A stretch of 64,000 nucleotides of DNA from an uncultured Acidobacteriota bacterium (lineage in GTDB: Bacteria; Acidobacteriota; Blastocatellia; Pyrinomonadales; Pyrinomonadaceae), in NCBI GenBank assembly GCA_963791265.1, contig CAWBSB010000014.1, forward strand, positions 42,837 through 106,836, given 5' to 3'. Both the position numbers and the translations under genes were made by a program. Positions 55,057 to 64,000 of the stretch are shown in pieces (within the stretch, counting starts at the first letter, position 1; each line of letters opens with the position of its first letter). The notes under the pieces are model-generated. The model saw only the letters and a list, made by a program, of their open reading frames with translations, did no database searches and was not told the origin of the DNA.

Positions 55057-56538
55057 ATGACGGACGATAACAAGACGGCCAAACCGAAGCTACCATTATC
55101 GCGCATCGTCGTTCCGGCGCTCGTCGCGCTGGCAGTCATTTTCTGGTACAAGGGTTATATTGATGTAAAAAGTATCCTTGCCTTCATTTTCATCCTGGGC
55201 GCGGCGGTCGTCATCCACGAGTTTGGCCATTTTATCGTCGCTAAGATGCTGAAGATTCGCGTCGAGACGTTCTCCGTAGGCTTCGGCCCGCGCATCTGGG
55301 GACGAAAATGGGGCACAACCGATTATCGGCTGTCGGCAGTTCCGCTCGGCGGCTACGTCAAACTCGGCGGCGATGAATCGAACGCCCCCATCGAAGGCGA
55401 GGGCGCGTCAGACATTCCCGAAAAAGAGCAGTTTAATTTGCGCCCGCGCTGGCAGAAGTTTCTGGTCGCGGTGGCTGGGCCGGTGATGAATATTCTAACG
55501 GCGCTGGCCATTCCTTTCATCGGCGGGTTGATGTATGGCGTGCCTGTTCCTCCGGCTCCGGTTGTCAAAGAGATCAGACAGGGCGGCGCGGCTGAGGCGG
55601 CAGGGCTGCGTGTCGGTGATCGCATCGTCGTCTTCAACGGCTATGAGCATCCGAAATGGGATCGCATCAGGGGCGACGTTCTGCTGTCGCCGGAAAGACC
55701 GCTGCCTGTAGTCGTGGAGCGCGAAGGGCAGCGCGTCAATCTCACGCTGACGCCCGCGAAAAGGGTGGAAAGCGGAGAGATTATGGGCGACATGGGCTTC
55801 GATCCGGATTACGGTGATCTGCCAATCATCGTTGCTGGCGTGACGCAGGATTCGCCCGCCGCAAAATCAGGCTTGCAGCGGGGTGATCACCTCATCAGTA
55901 TCGGCGGCGAGGCCGTGAGCAGCAGCCAGCAGATAGTAAATTACATCAAGGCGCATCCGACAGAGCCAATTCAGTTCGTGATTGAGCGCGGAGGGCAGCG
56001 CAAAGAAGTGACCGCGACGGGACGCATGGCGGGCGGAAGACTGGGTCTCTCGCCGGATGAAGAGTTGCCGCGCGAACACGTCGGTACACTTGCGACCGCT
56101 CGTTACGCATTGGATTTCAATCTTGAAATCCTGCGTCTTACGGGCAAGGCTCTGGGGCAACTCTTTAGCGGAGAACGCTCCGCGCGCAATACTGTTTCGG
56201 GGCCGCTTGGGATTTATGAAGCAGCCTCGAACGCCGTTAACGAAGCGGGCTGGGATGGACTCTTCGCCATGCTGGGATTCCTGAGCTTGAGTCTGGGCGT
56301 TTTCAATTTGCTGCCAATCCCTGTGCTTGACGGTGGCGCAATCTTCCTGCTGCTCGTCGAGGCTGTCATGGCTCTGGGCGGGTGGAAATTGTCCATGCGC
56401 GTGCGCGAGCGAATCCAGCAGGTCGGCTTCGTCATGCTGCTTCTCTTGATGGGATTCGTCATCACCAACGATTTGCTCAAAAAAGTCTCGCGCAGCCAGG
56501 AAGAGACGAAGCCTCCGGCGGCGACGCAACAGAAATAA
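55057..56538 (+). CDS. rseP: RIP site-2 metalloprotease
   Basis: HEFGH zinc motif in TM1, two PDZ-like segments, and NLLPIPVLDGG. Confidence 0.92.
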   Translation: MTDDNKTAKPKLPLSRIVVPALVALAVIFWYKGYIDVKSILAFIFILGAAVVIHEFGHFIVAKMLKIRVETFSVGFGPRIWGRKWGTTDYRLSAVPLGGYVKLGGDESNAPIEGEGASDIPEKEQFNLRPRWQKFLVAVAGPVMNILTALAIPFIGGLMYGVPVPPAPVVKEIRQGGAAEAAGLRVGDRIVVFNGYEHPKWDRIRGDVLLSPERPLPVVVEREGQRVNLTLTPAKRVESGEIMGDMGFDPDYGDLPIIVAGVTQDSPAAKSGLQRGDHLISIGGEAVSSSQQIVNYIKAHPTEPIQFVIERGGQRKEVTATGRMAGGRLGLSPDEELPREHVGTLATARYALDFNLEILRLTGKALGQLFSGERSARNTVSGPLGIYEAASNAVNEAGWDGLFAMLGFLSLSLGVFNLLPIPVLDGGAIFLLLVEAVMALGGWKLSMRVRERIQQVGFVMLLLLMGFVITNDLLKKVSRSQEETKPPAATQQK

Positions 56539-56605
56539 GTTACGGGTTACGAGTTTCGAGTTGCGGATTAAGCAGACTCGTAACCCGTAACTCGAAACTC
56601 GAAAC
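56539..56605. repeat. heptamer-repeat hairpin (GTTACGR / CGTAACY, with GTTTCGA / TCGAAAC)
   Basis: gttacgg gttacga gtttcga gttgcgg ... actcgta acccgta actcgaa actcgaa ac. Starts on the base after the rseP TAA. Confidence 0.9.
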
Positions 56606-56618
56606 TAAAGGCAGTTGA

Positions 56619-57722
56619 ATGCGGAAAACCAGAGCAGTAAAAGTTAAAGACATACAGATCGGCGGCGGCGCTCCGGTCGTCGTTCAGTCAATGACGAAGA
56701 CCGATACGGTTGACGTTAATGCTACGGTCGCGCAGATTGAAGAGATGATGCGCGCGGGCTGCGAAGTCGTGCGTGTGGCCGTGCCGGACAAAGATGCGGC
56801 AATTGCGCTCAAAGAGATCAGGAAGCGCGTGCCTGATGTGCCGCTCGTCGCAGATATTCACTTTCATTACAAGCTGGCCTTGATGGCGCTCGACGCAGGC
56901 GTTGATAAGCTGCGGCTGAATCCGGGCAACATCGGCGCGCACGAGCGCGTGCGTGAGGTGGTGCGCGCCGCCCAAGCTCAAAATGTTCCGATTCGCATTG
57001 GCGTCAACGGCGGCTCGCTCGAAAAAGACCTCTTGAAAAAATATGGCACGGCGACCCCCGAAGCGATGGTTGAATCCGCCCTGCGCCACATACAAATCCT
57101 GGAAGACCTCAGCTTCAACGACATCATCGTTTCCTTAAAAGCCTCGGACGTGCATCGCACCGTCGGCGCTTACCGCCTGCTTGCCGAGCAGGTTGATTAT
57201 CCTTTGCACCTGGGTGTGACGGAGGCGGGCACGGCGTTTGGTGGAACGATTAAATCGGCGATGGGACTTGGCATTCTGCTTTACGAAGGCATCGGCGACA
57301 CGATCCGCGTGTCTCTGGCCGCAGAGCCGCAGGAAGAGGTGCGAGTCGCGTGGGAGATTCTCAAATCGCTCGAACTCAGAAAGCGCGGGGTGACGGTTGT
57401 CGCCTGCCCGACGTGCGGGCGGCTCGACGTTGATAACTTCGTCGAGATCGTCACCGAGATTGAACGCAGGCTCGCGCACGTCGAAGAGCCGCTGCATCTT
57501 TCAATCATGGGCTGCGCCGTCAACGGCCCCGGCGAAGCGCACGACTCAGACCTCGGCGTCACGTTCGGTCGCAACGTCGGCATGATCTACAAGAACGGCG
57601 TGCCGATGCGGAAAGTCGCGGGCGAGGACATCGTCGAAGCATTTGTTAAAGAGACGGAGAAGCTGCTCGAAGAGGGCAACTATAAAGAGAAGGCCGAAAC
57701 CGAACTCGTGGCGATTAAGTAA
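56619..57722 (+). CDS. ispG: 4-hydroxy-3-methylbut-2-en-1-yl diphosphate synthase
   Basis: VQSMTKTDT, ADIHFHYKLA, and the 4Fe-4S Cys residues CPTCGR and GCAVNGPGE. Confidence 0.93.
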   Translation: MRKTRAVKVKDIQIGGGAPVVVQSMTKTDTVDVNATVAQIEEMMRAGCEVVRVAVPDKDAAIALKEIRKRVPDVPLVADIHFHYKLALMALDAGVDKLRLNPGNIGAHERVREVVRAAQAQNVPIRIGVNGGSLEKDLLKKYGTATPEAMVESALRHIQILEDLSFNDIIVSLKASDVHRTVGAYRLLAEQVDYPLHLGVTEAGTAFGGTIKSAMGLGILLYEGIGDTIRVSLAAEPQEEVRVAWEILKSLELRKRGVTVVACPTCGRLDVDNFVEIVTEIERRLAHVEEPLHLSIMGCAVNGPGEAHDSDLGVTFGRNVGMIYKNGVPMRKVAGEDIVEAFVKETEKLLEEGNYKEKAETELVAIK

Positions 57723-57734
57723 ATAATTCCGCGT

Positions 57735-57957
57735 GTAAGTTTTTAAGCCCCGTTAGGGGCGCGTGATAATAGCCCAGCAATTTATTGCTGGGAAACAGAT
57801 TGGTAAAAATGATTGAGTCCCGTAGGGACGGCTGAATCAAGAGGCTCTTCTCTTCAGCCGTCCCTACGGGACTCAATATTTGTTCTCTGGTTTTATCCCC
57901 AGCGATAAATCGCTGGGCTATTATCAATCGTCCCTGACGGGACTTCTTGAGCTTAAT
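57735..57957. repeat. nested-palindrome element, main family (copy 7)
   Basis: gccccgttaggggc (left) versus gtccctgacgggac (right). Also cccagcaatttattgctggg, gagtcccgtagggacggctgaa...ttcagccgtccctacgggactc and cccagcgataaatcgctggg. Confidence 0.9.
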
Positions 57958-58014
57958 AAACTTGAATACGGGCTAAATGTGTAGTTGAAGCCTATATTCA
58001 CTCGCAATCACAGG

Positions 58015-58043
58015 TTGACTCTGCAACTGCGCGGTGATATTAA
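58015..58043 (+). promoter_or_regulatory. sigma70-like promoter TTGACT-17-TATTAA
   Basis: -35 at 58015-20 and -10 at 58038-43, about 200 nt upstream of the 58246 start. Confidence 0.45.
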
Positions 58044-58245
58044 CTCCGCACCGCCAGAAGGGAAACGGGACTTTAGGCTTCCAATCCCTCCTGCCAGCGA
58101 TCATTCGTCGAATTTCTTTCCCTCGCGTCAAAGCCTCGCTCGATGTCAACTCCTCGCCGCGTAAAGTCAGACACGATGCTCTTCCCGGTTGCGCGCAAAG
58201 CTCGCGGATAGTTTTCCGAAGAGAGATGAGAAAGAGGTGATTGAC

Positions 58246-59868
58246 GTGAGAACGAAATCCCGAAACGTGGTAGCCAGCGTGAGCTCGATTCTACTTCTCC
58301 TTTTCGCCAGCCCGCTTCAAATCTGCTTCCAGGCAAAAGCGCAGGCGCAGCAGCAGAATGCGCCGCAGCCTGTCAGCCTGAAAGTCAATACCAAAAATAT
58401 CGGCGGCGCTTTTGAACTGACCGCCGAGACGCTCCTCTACGGCGATGTGAAGGTCTACCTGCCGGATGACATGGCGGCAGGCGATACGATTTCAGGGACG
58501 GTCGTCGCCGAGCCGAAGGGCAACACCGAAGAAGAGCGAGCTAAGAATCAGGACACTCTGGAAGGATTGGTGGTGGAGATAGGCGATCAGAAAGTTGACG
58601 CGTCGAAGGGGGCTTTTAAGTGGGTTGTCCCTAATGCTCCAATAAAACTTATCAGGATCATAGAAGTCGCGTCCGGCAGGGAATTAGCGAAAACGCCAGT
58701 TTCCTTGATTACGCCGATGATAAAACCTCCTACTTCTCAAACTTCCCAGACGAACAAATTTCAGCTTCCGGCCATCGGACAGCAGGGACGCGCTGTTGAG
58801 ATTCCAGGGCCTTTCGACGGAGATTTTTCCAACACCACGCTTAATTGGAAAAGCGCGACCCAGAATGCGGAGAGCGCCGAAGGCGGATTCAGATTGCTCG
58901 CAGAGTCTCCGCGCAAGGGAGTTTTCAGAAGCCCCACTAACGTCACCGGACAGGTTGAGATAAACCTCAAGGAAGGCAGCGCCGAGACGAAAGGCACGTA
59001 TCGAAGCGTCGGTGTGAGCTTGAGCGCGCCGAAGACGAATCTACTCAAGGGCGAGCGCACGACCGTGACCGTCATGGTGGTCGGACTCGAAGGAATCAAA
59101 CAAACCATTCCGCTGCTGCTTATCACGCAGGGCGTCGTCCAGATGGATGGCGGCAACAGTCAATTCATCCCAATCCCAGCATCGGGCGTGACACCGGCTG
59201 GGATTTTCACGATGACGCGAACGCTGACGGGTCAACAGTCCGGAGGTTTTTCCGTGACGGCGACAATCGTCGTTAAGCCTTTGGAGACCTGTTTGCAGGA
59301 TGATAAAAACGGAGGAACTTTTCTTTTTAACTCTGCCGCCGGGGATTACATCTTCACGCAGCCCAATGGTGCGACCATAGATGGCAAAGGCACGCTGGCA
59401 AAGAAAGGCTGCATCCTGACATTGACGGACAACCGGCTTGACCGCAGGGTGATGGGCAGGCTCGATTCATGCGAAAACAAAGGCAACGCGACCATTGAGC
59501 TTGATTCGCCGAAAGCGAAGTTTAATGTCACGGACAAGAATACGACGGACAACACCTGCGCTACGTGCGCTGAAAGGTTCAGCCGCTTGAGTCGGCAGGC
59601 GGCAGTCCGCGCCAGCGAGATATTTAATCAGGATTACTTCGTTGTGCTTCTCGTTGTAGATCATCTCGTCAACGAGGTCGCGGGCAATGAGAATGCCGAA
59701 GCCGCCGGGACGCATGCCCTGTTCCTCGCGCACGCGCGCGTGCTGCAAGGGGTCGCTTTCAGGGTTGAGAAAAGCCGCTATCGCTCCTTCGTCACGGTAC
59801 AGCGATTCGATGGTGAAGCCTTCGCCGGGGTCTTTGATGCGATAGAGAATGATGCGGGGCGAGCGTAA
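58246..59868 (+). CDS. secreted hypothetical protein (3' end uncertain)
   Basis: GTG at 58246 after a gaaagagg SD. Signal peptide (VASVSSILLLLFASPLQICFQAKAQA). The last roughly 100 codons are antisense to a conserved domain of the convergent gene. Confidence 0.55.
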   Translation: MRTKSRNVVASVSSILLLLFASPLQICFQAKAQAQQQNAPQPVSLKVNTKNIGGAFELTAETLLYGDVKVYLPDDMAAGDTISGTVVAEPKGNTEEERAKNQDTLEGLVVEIGDQKVDASKGAFKWVVPNAPIKLIRIIEVASGRELAKTPVSLITPMIKPPTSQTSQTNKFQLPAIGQQGRAVEIPGPFDGDFSNTTLNWKSATQNAESAEGGFRLLAESPRKGVFRSPTNVTGQVEINLKEGSAETKGTYRSVGVSLSAPKTNLLKGERTTVTVMVVGLEGIKQTIPLLLITQGVVQMDGGNSQFIPIPASGVTPAGIFTMTRTLTGQQSGGFSVTATIVVKPLETCLQDDKNGGTFLFNSAAGDYIFTQPNGATIDGKGTLAKKGCILTLTDNRLDRRVMGRLDSCENKGNATIELDSPKAKFNVTDKNTTDNTCATCAERFSRLSRQAAVRASEIFNQDYFVVLLVVDHLVNEVAGNENAEAAGTHALFLAHARVLQGVAFRVEKSRYRSFVTVQRFDGEAFAGVFDAIENDAGRA

Positions 59869-60461
59869 ATAGCCGACTTCGACAAACCGTGTAGGGTCAG
59901 ACTTGCCGCCGTGCTCGATGGCGTTGCGGAGCATCTCGCGGAAAGCGTAGGTGACGGTCTCGCGCGTGACCTGTGGTAAATCGGTTTTCAGTTGCGTCAT
60001 CAATCGTTCGAGCGGGTCAATCGCCGCGAGGTCACAGGGCACACGCAGCTCTATCCATTCAGGGCGCGCGGAGAGAACCTCTATCTGGATGTCGCGCGGA
60101 GCGAGGTCGAAGACAGCCTTGACGGCTGAGAGCAATTCGGGCAAATCAAACGGCTTGATAAGAAAGTCGGACGCATGATCGCGCAGGGCGCTGACGGCGG
60201 TGTCCGGCGCAGAGAGAGCCGTCATCACGATCACGCGCATATCATTATTCGAGTCTCGCAGGCGCGAGAGCATTTCCAGACCGTCCATCTTCGGCAGCAT
60301 CACGTCGAGCAGCATCAGATCAATCTTCTCTTTCTCGATTATCTCCAGCCCTCGAAGGCATCCAGAGCCTTGCGCACCTCATAGCCTTCACGCTTGAGCG
60401 CGAAACTGACCAGATCGTGCAAGTCCGGATCATCATCCACCACCAGAATCGTTTTCCCCAT
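59467..60461 (-). pseudogene. REC plus HATPase-like (RsbW/SpoIIAB-type) response regulator, interrupted by a 1-nt frameshift
   Basis: The frame from the ATG at 60461 gives MGKTILVVDDDPDLHDLVSFALKREGYEVRKALDAFEG, then a stop at 60339-41. The REC continues in the +2 frame as LEIIEKEKIDLMLLDVMLPKMDG...MTA...KPF. The break is at a GGG run (plus-strand ccc, 60349-51). Confidence 0.75.
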
Positions 60462-60501
60462 GATCGTTATTATATTGAGTTGCAGTAAAAGTTGAGGGCG
60501 A

Positions 60502-60588
60502 AACGAACCACGAAGTTACACGAAGAGACCCGAAGTAAGAGACGAAGCAGTTTTCTGTGTTATTTCGTGTGACGCGACGTGGCTCGTT
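60502..60588. repeat. decamer-repeat hairpin (NNACACGAAG array)
   Basis: aaccacgaag ttacacgaag agacccgaag taagagacgaag ... ttcgtgtgacgcgacgtggctcgtt. Related to the 2093-2166 hairpin. Confidence 0.8.
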
Positions 60589-60601
60589 AACACCTTCCTG
60601 A

Positions 60602-60868
60602 TTACATGACTTGCTGCACCTTGACAGTCACATTGTCGGGCAGGATGGTCACGTGCGTGTATTTTCTGAGTGCTTTCGCCTTGAAACGGACTTCTACCTT
60701 CTGAAGTACCTGGGGAACTTTGCCGGTCGGCTTGGTAATCGTCAGTTTGAGCAGGAGGATGGCCGGGTTGATTCCCTGCGGCACTGCCTTCGTGAGCTTA
60801 ACTTTGTAACCGGGCGTCGGGAAGACGCATGAGCCAACGACGTTAATGGTTGACGGCCCCGGCGGCAT
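60602..60868 (-). CDS. hypothetical small protein
   Basis: 88-aa ORF with a weak agga SD. An overlapping upstream ORF encodes a Lys-rich N-terminus in another frame. Confidence 0.4.
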   Translation of the reverse strand: MPPGPSTINVVGSCVFPTPGYKVKLTKAVPQGINPAILLLKLTITKPTGKVPQVLQKVEVRFKAKALRKYTHVTILPDNVTVKVQQVM

Positions 60869-61159
60869 ACTATCCTGCCACGCCTTCCAGTTTGAGCAGA
60901 ATTTCTTGATGGGGGAAAAGTTTTACTAGTGCCGCCGCTTTTCTTGGAAGCCTTCTTCGTTGAAGCTTTCTTGGTCGAAGCCTTTTTGGTTGAACCCTTC
61001 TTCTTAGTTGCTACCATGCGTTTTTGTCTCCTTAAGATCTAAGCGTTAGTGGGTCGAGAGGGGCTGAACGTGCGTCAGACGTTCGTCAGCCGAAGAAGCA
61101 AAACGGGTAAAGCGCGAGTACACTATTCCGGTTGAACTTGATTGTCAATAATTAACCTC

Positions 61160-61843
61160 TTAGCCGCTGGTTATTCCGAAAGCTCTCAAGGGAAACGTGC
61201 CCATGCCTTTAACTTTGACGGGCACAGCGAAAAACTTGAAGCCCGTCTCCGGCAGCGCGCTGAGATTGCAGAGATGCTCGACAATGGGGATGCCCGCCTT
61301 TAAGAGAATTGAGTGGACGGGGCGGGTAGTGTCCCGAATATCGTCAATGTTCAGCGAATCAATCCCGACGAGTTTCGCCCCATTGCTTGCGAGAAACTGT
61401 GCCGCATCCTGCGTTAAAAAAGGATGACCGACGAAATACTGCTCGGTTCCCCAGTAAGCATCCCAGCCCGTCTGAACCAGCACCGCCTTATCTCTGACAT
61501 CAACGTTCTGAAACACGGAAGCATCTATCGCTTGTCTGCCTGAATCACCCGCTCGAATGACGATGCCATCGAGGTTGGCGACCGCAGACAACGATAGTTG
61601 CGACAAATCTGCTCCATCGGCATATCTATGAAACGGCGAATCTAGATATGTCCCGGTGTTCGCCACCATCTCGATCTTCCCGATCTGAAATTCCGTCCCT
61701 TCCGAATAGTGCTGGCGCGATTCTTCACGGCTCAGATAGTCGCAGATAACGGGCGCGGGCAAACCCTTATAAGTAATCATCCCATGCTCTACCGCGTGAC
61801 TGACATCAACCATGCGCGAAGTATCTTGAGAGCTTTGATTCAT
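61160..61843 (-). CDS. cyclase family protein (kynurenine formamidase-like fold)
   Basis: GTYLDSPFH, VLVQTGWD and GIDSLNID motifs typical of the 'putative cyclase' family. Confidence 0.75.
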   Translation of the reverse strand: MNQSSQDTSRMVDVSHAVEHGMITYKGLPAPVICDYLSREESRQHYSEGTEFQIGKIEMVANTGTYLDSPFHRYADGADLSQLSLSAVANLDGIVIRAGDSGRQAIDASVFQNVDVRDKAVLVQTGWDAYWGTEQYFVGHPFLTQDAAQFLASNGAKLVGIDSLNIDDIRDTTRPVHSILLKAGIPIVEHLCNLSALPETGFKFFAVPVKVKGMGTFPLRAFGITSG

Positions 61844-61864
61844 ATTCGAGGGAAGAGAGGTATT

Positions 61865-62905
61865 TTAGACTTCGGCCATCGTGAGAAACAGAGCGTCGGT
61901 CGCAATCTTGCGATTGATATTTACGTCCAGCCCGCGACGATGTTGCTCAATTTGCGAGAGCCAGCGCGCAGGGCGGCGGCTATCAAGACCTGAAACTATT
62001 TTTGCGAGTTGAGCGCGCAGGTCCTGATTGACTACCTGTTCAGCGGGCGCGCCGAGCGAGAGAACCCACACGTCGTGGATGAGCGTTGCCAGCAGATCAA
62101 GACGCGGCTCGTATTCATCCTTGCGCTTCGCATCGTTCATCTCTTCGGATGCTCGCAGCAAACGCGCCCGATCATGGTTGAGCGCGAGCGCGCTCACCAC
62201 ATCCAGCATCGCTTCGCGTTGATTGCGATAGCTTTCAAGGTTGGTCACGAGAGCGCGCCCGATGCTGCCGCGCGCGACCGTTGCGAGCAGCCGCGCATCT
62301 GCCGGAGAAACCTGCTTGCCCTTGAGTAGATGCGCTTCGATCTCCGAGGGCGCGAGCGGCGAGAAACGAATTATCTGGCAGCGCGAGCGAATCGTCGGCA
62401 AAAGCTGCGCGGGGCGCGAGGTTATCAGAATGAGATGTGAAGTCGCGGGCGGCTCTTCGAGAGTTTTCAAAAAAGCGTTTGAAGAAGCCTCGTTGAGCCT
62501 GTGCGCTTCTTCGATAATGAAGATGCGCGCCTTTCCTTCAAAGGGGCGAAAATTCGCCTCCTGCTCGATTTCGCGCATCAAGGGGATTCTCAGAACCCGA
62601 TTGTAGGGACGCGCCAGAGCAACATCCGGGTGATCGCTCCGGACGAGCTTCTCTCTGTTTTCCTCATCGTCGGAATATTCAGGAAACTTCGATTGTCGAA
62701 ATGCGAACGCATGACGAGCAGCGATCGCACGCTTCCACTCCCTTCGGCGACGGCAGTTCAAAGCCTTCGCCAACTCAAGCGCGAACAGTTTCTTGCCGAC
62801 GCCATCATCGCCCGCGAACAACAGCGACCCCGGCACGCGCCCATCTTTGAGCATCCGCCGCAAAATATCTTTGACACGCTGATTGCCTGTGAGATGGTCG
62901 AACAT
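61865..62905 (-). CDS. holB: DNA polymerase III subunit delta'
   Basis: LLFAGDDGVGKKLFALELAKALNC, IFIIEEAHRLN, and NAFLKTLEEPP...LILIT. Confidence 0.88.
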   Translation of the reverse strand: MFDHLTGNQRVKDILRRMLKDGRVPGSLLFAGDDGVGKKLFALELAKALNCRRRREWKRAIAARHAFAFRQSKFPEYSDDEENREKLVRSDHPDVALARPYNRVLRIPLMREIEQEANFRPFEGKARIFIIEEAHRLNEASSNAFLKTLEEPPATSHLILITSRPAQLLPTIRSRCQIIRFSPLAPSEIEAHLLKGKQVSPADARLLATVARGSIGRALVTNLESYRNQREAMLDVVSALALNHDRARLLRASEEMNDAKRKDEYEPRLDLLATLIHDVWVLSLGAPAEQVVNQDLRAQLAKIVSGLDSRRPARWLSQIEQHRRGLDVNINRKIATDALFLTMAEV

Positions 62906-62907
62906 AA

Positions 62908-63005
62908 GAGTCAGGAGTCAGGAGTCGAGAGTCAGAAGTCAAATGGTCAAAAGCATTTCTTGTCTTTTGACTTCAGACTCCTGACTTCTGATTCCTGGAT
63001 TCCAG
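62908..63005. repeat. heptamer-repeat hairpin (GAGTCAG / CTGACTY)
   Basis: gagtcag gagtcag gagtcga gagtcag aagtcaa atggtca ... cttttga cttcaga ctcctga cttctga ttcctgg attcc. Confidence 0.9.
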
Positions 63006-63025
63006 AAAAGGTATCACGACTTCCA

Positions 63026-63625
63026 TCACACGGTCGTGGGTTTCGTTGATTGAGCCGCTGGCGCTGATGACGCGGACGCGTTCAGGCTCATCCGCGGCGA
63101 GTTTAAGTAGGCGTCGCGGACGCGTGTATGAAAGGCTGCGTCTTCGGCGTCGAGCCGGTCTGTTTGATTGTCTGTCTCCGTGCGCCGACTCGTGCGCGCG
63201 AGGCATTCCGCGACCGGCAGATCGAAGATGAGCGTCAAGTCCGGCTTGAGACCGCCCGTCGCAAGCGAGATGACTTCTGCGATCATTTCGGTCGTGAAGT
63301 TGCGGCCTGCGCCCTGATAGGCGGCGGTCGCGTCAGCGTAACGATCAGAGAGCACGATGCTGCCGGATTCGGTTGCCGGGCGAAGCAGGGTGCGGACGTG
63401 TTGCGCGCGGTCGGCGGCGAAAAGCAGCAGTTCCGCGAGCGGGTCAACTTCCATCTGCGGGTCGAGCAGAACGTTGCGAATGCCCTGGCCGAGAGGCGTG
63501 CCGCCAGGCTCGCGCGTCGAGACGACCTCGTGCCCGCGCATGCGCAATTCGCTGGCGAGAAGGCGTAGCTGCGTAGATTTCCCGCACCCGTCAATGCCTT
63601 CGAAAGTGATAAAAGCGCCGCCCAA
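63026..63625 (-). CDS. tmk: thymidylate kinase
   Basis: ITFEGIDGCGKSTQ P-loop and the DRY motif (LSDRYADATAAYQG). TTG start. Confidence 0.9.
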   Translation of the reverse strand: MGGAFITFEGIDGCGKSTQLRLLASELRMRGHEVVSTREPGGTPLGQGIRNVLLDPQMEVDPLAELLLFAADRAQHVRTLLRPATESGSIVLSDRYADATAAYQGAGRNFTTEMIAEVISLATGGLKPDLTLIFDLPVAECLARTSRRTETDNQTDRLDAEDAAFHTRVRDAYLNSPRMSLNASASSAPAAQSTKPTTV

Positions 63626-63667
63626 TGGATTCTTTATTTCCTGTTAGATCGTGGGAATTGAAGAGCG

Positions 63668-63973
63668 TCAGGACCCGGAAGATTCCGCATTGTCGGAGGC
63701 CGCTTCGCTTTGCGTGCCGCTCGCGGCCTGTGGCGGGCGCTGTAGATCGCCGGTCGCGCGCCGCGTGTGCGAGATGGTCGAGATGGCGTGTTTGAAGATC
63801 AACTGCTCCTGCGAATTCGTCTCCAGCAGCACCGAAAACTTGTCAAAGCTTCTGATGCGCCCGGTCAATTTCGCGCCGTGCAGCAAATAGATTGTCACCG
63901 TGCTCCGCTCACGGCGCGCTGTATTGAGAAAAGCGTCCTGAATATTCTGGGGAGTAGCCTTTGAGTCCACCAC
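63668..63973 (-). CDS. hfq: RNA chaperone Hfq
   Basis: [40 protein letters not shown]...[10 protein letters not shown] covers the Sm1/Sm2 motifs. GTG start. Confidence 0.9.
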   Translation of the reverse strand: MVDSKATPQNIQDAFLNTARRERSTVTIYLLHGAKLTGRIRSFDKFSVLLETNSQEQLIFKHAISTISHTRRATGDLQRPPQAASGTQSEAASDNAESSGS

Positions 63974-64000
63974 TATCTCCGGTTAAGCGAAAGTAATAAA

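Noticed and set aside
58044-58245. c-di-GMP-I (GEMM) riboswitch in the leader of the secreted-protein gene.
   Set aside because: Only loose resemblance (gggaaacggg; gcgtcaaagcc versus the ACGCAAAGCC consensus). I could not build the P1/P2/P3 pairing.
60339-60351. Programmed ribosomal frameshift in the response-regulator gene.
   Set aside because: There is no slippery heptamer or downstream stimulatory structure. A simple G-run indel (mutation or sequencing error) is more likely.

Overview
GC-rich bacterial chromosomal segment, about 60% GC by eye, with several visibly AT-richer patches. The gene content suggests Acidobacteriota or a similar lineage, but that is a guess I cannot test here. 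All calls come from reading the ORF track and the sequence; no database search was run. About 59 protein genes and two tRNA-Arg genes are supported. Housekeeping blocks: a Rieske / cytochrome b / cytochrome c cluster; a chlorite-dismutase-family (HemQ-like) gene; acyP-apt; mdh; a type-B succinate dehydrogenase operon (sdhC-sdhA-[Uma2]-sdhB); pyrE-truA-uppS-cdsA-dxr-rseP-ispG; and holB-tmk-hfq. Accessory region (about 17.6-27.5 kb): a GGDEF/EAL protein, two paralogous XRE regulators, a 21-bp/heptad-repeat ORF, a TPR protein, a Cys-rich secreted protein, and four tandem zinc-ribbon / PQ-rich / membrane-protein paralogs. The most unusual feature is non-coding. More than 30 intergenic palindromic elements occur in 64 kb, in two designs. 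(1) Hairpins whose arms are tandem arrays of 7-nt or about 10-nt units. Several sequence families share this architecture, and many exactly fill the gap between one gene's stop codon and the next gene's start codon. (2) Nested 'hairpin-of-hairpins' elements of about 150-255 bp. These come in several sequence variants and carry compensatory stem changes. Other oddities: a cytochrome b that appears to lack one heme-ligand His and the PEWY motif; a histidine-kinase-like protein without the H-box His; an Uma2 nuclease gene wedged into the sdh operon; a frameshifted response regulator; and a 20-nt direct repeat bracketing an XRE cassette.
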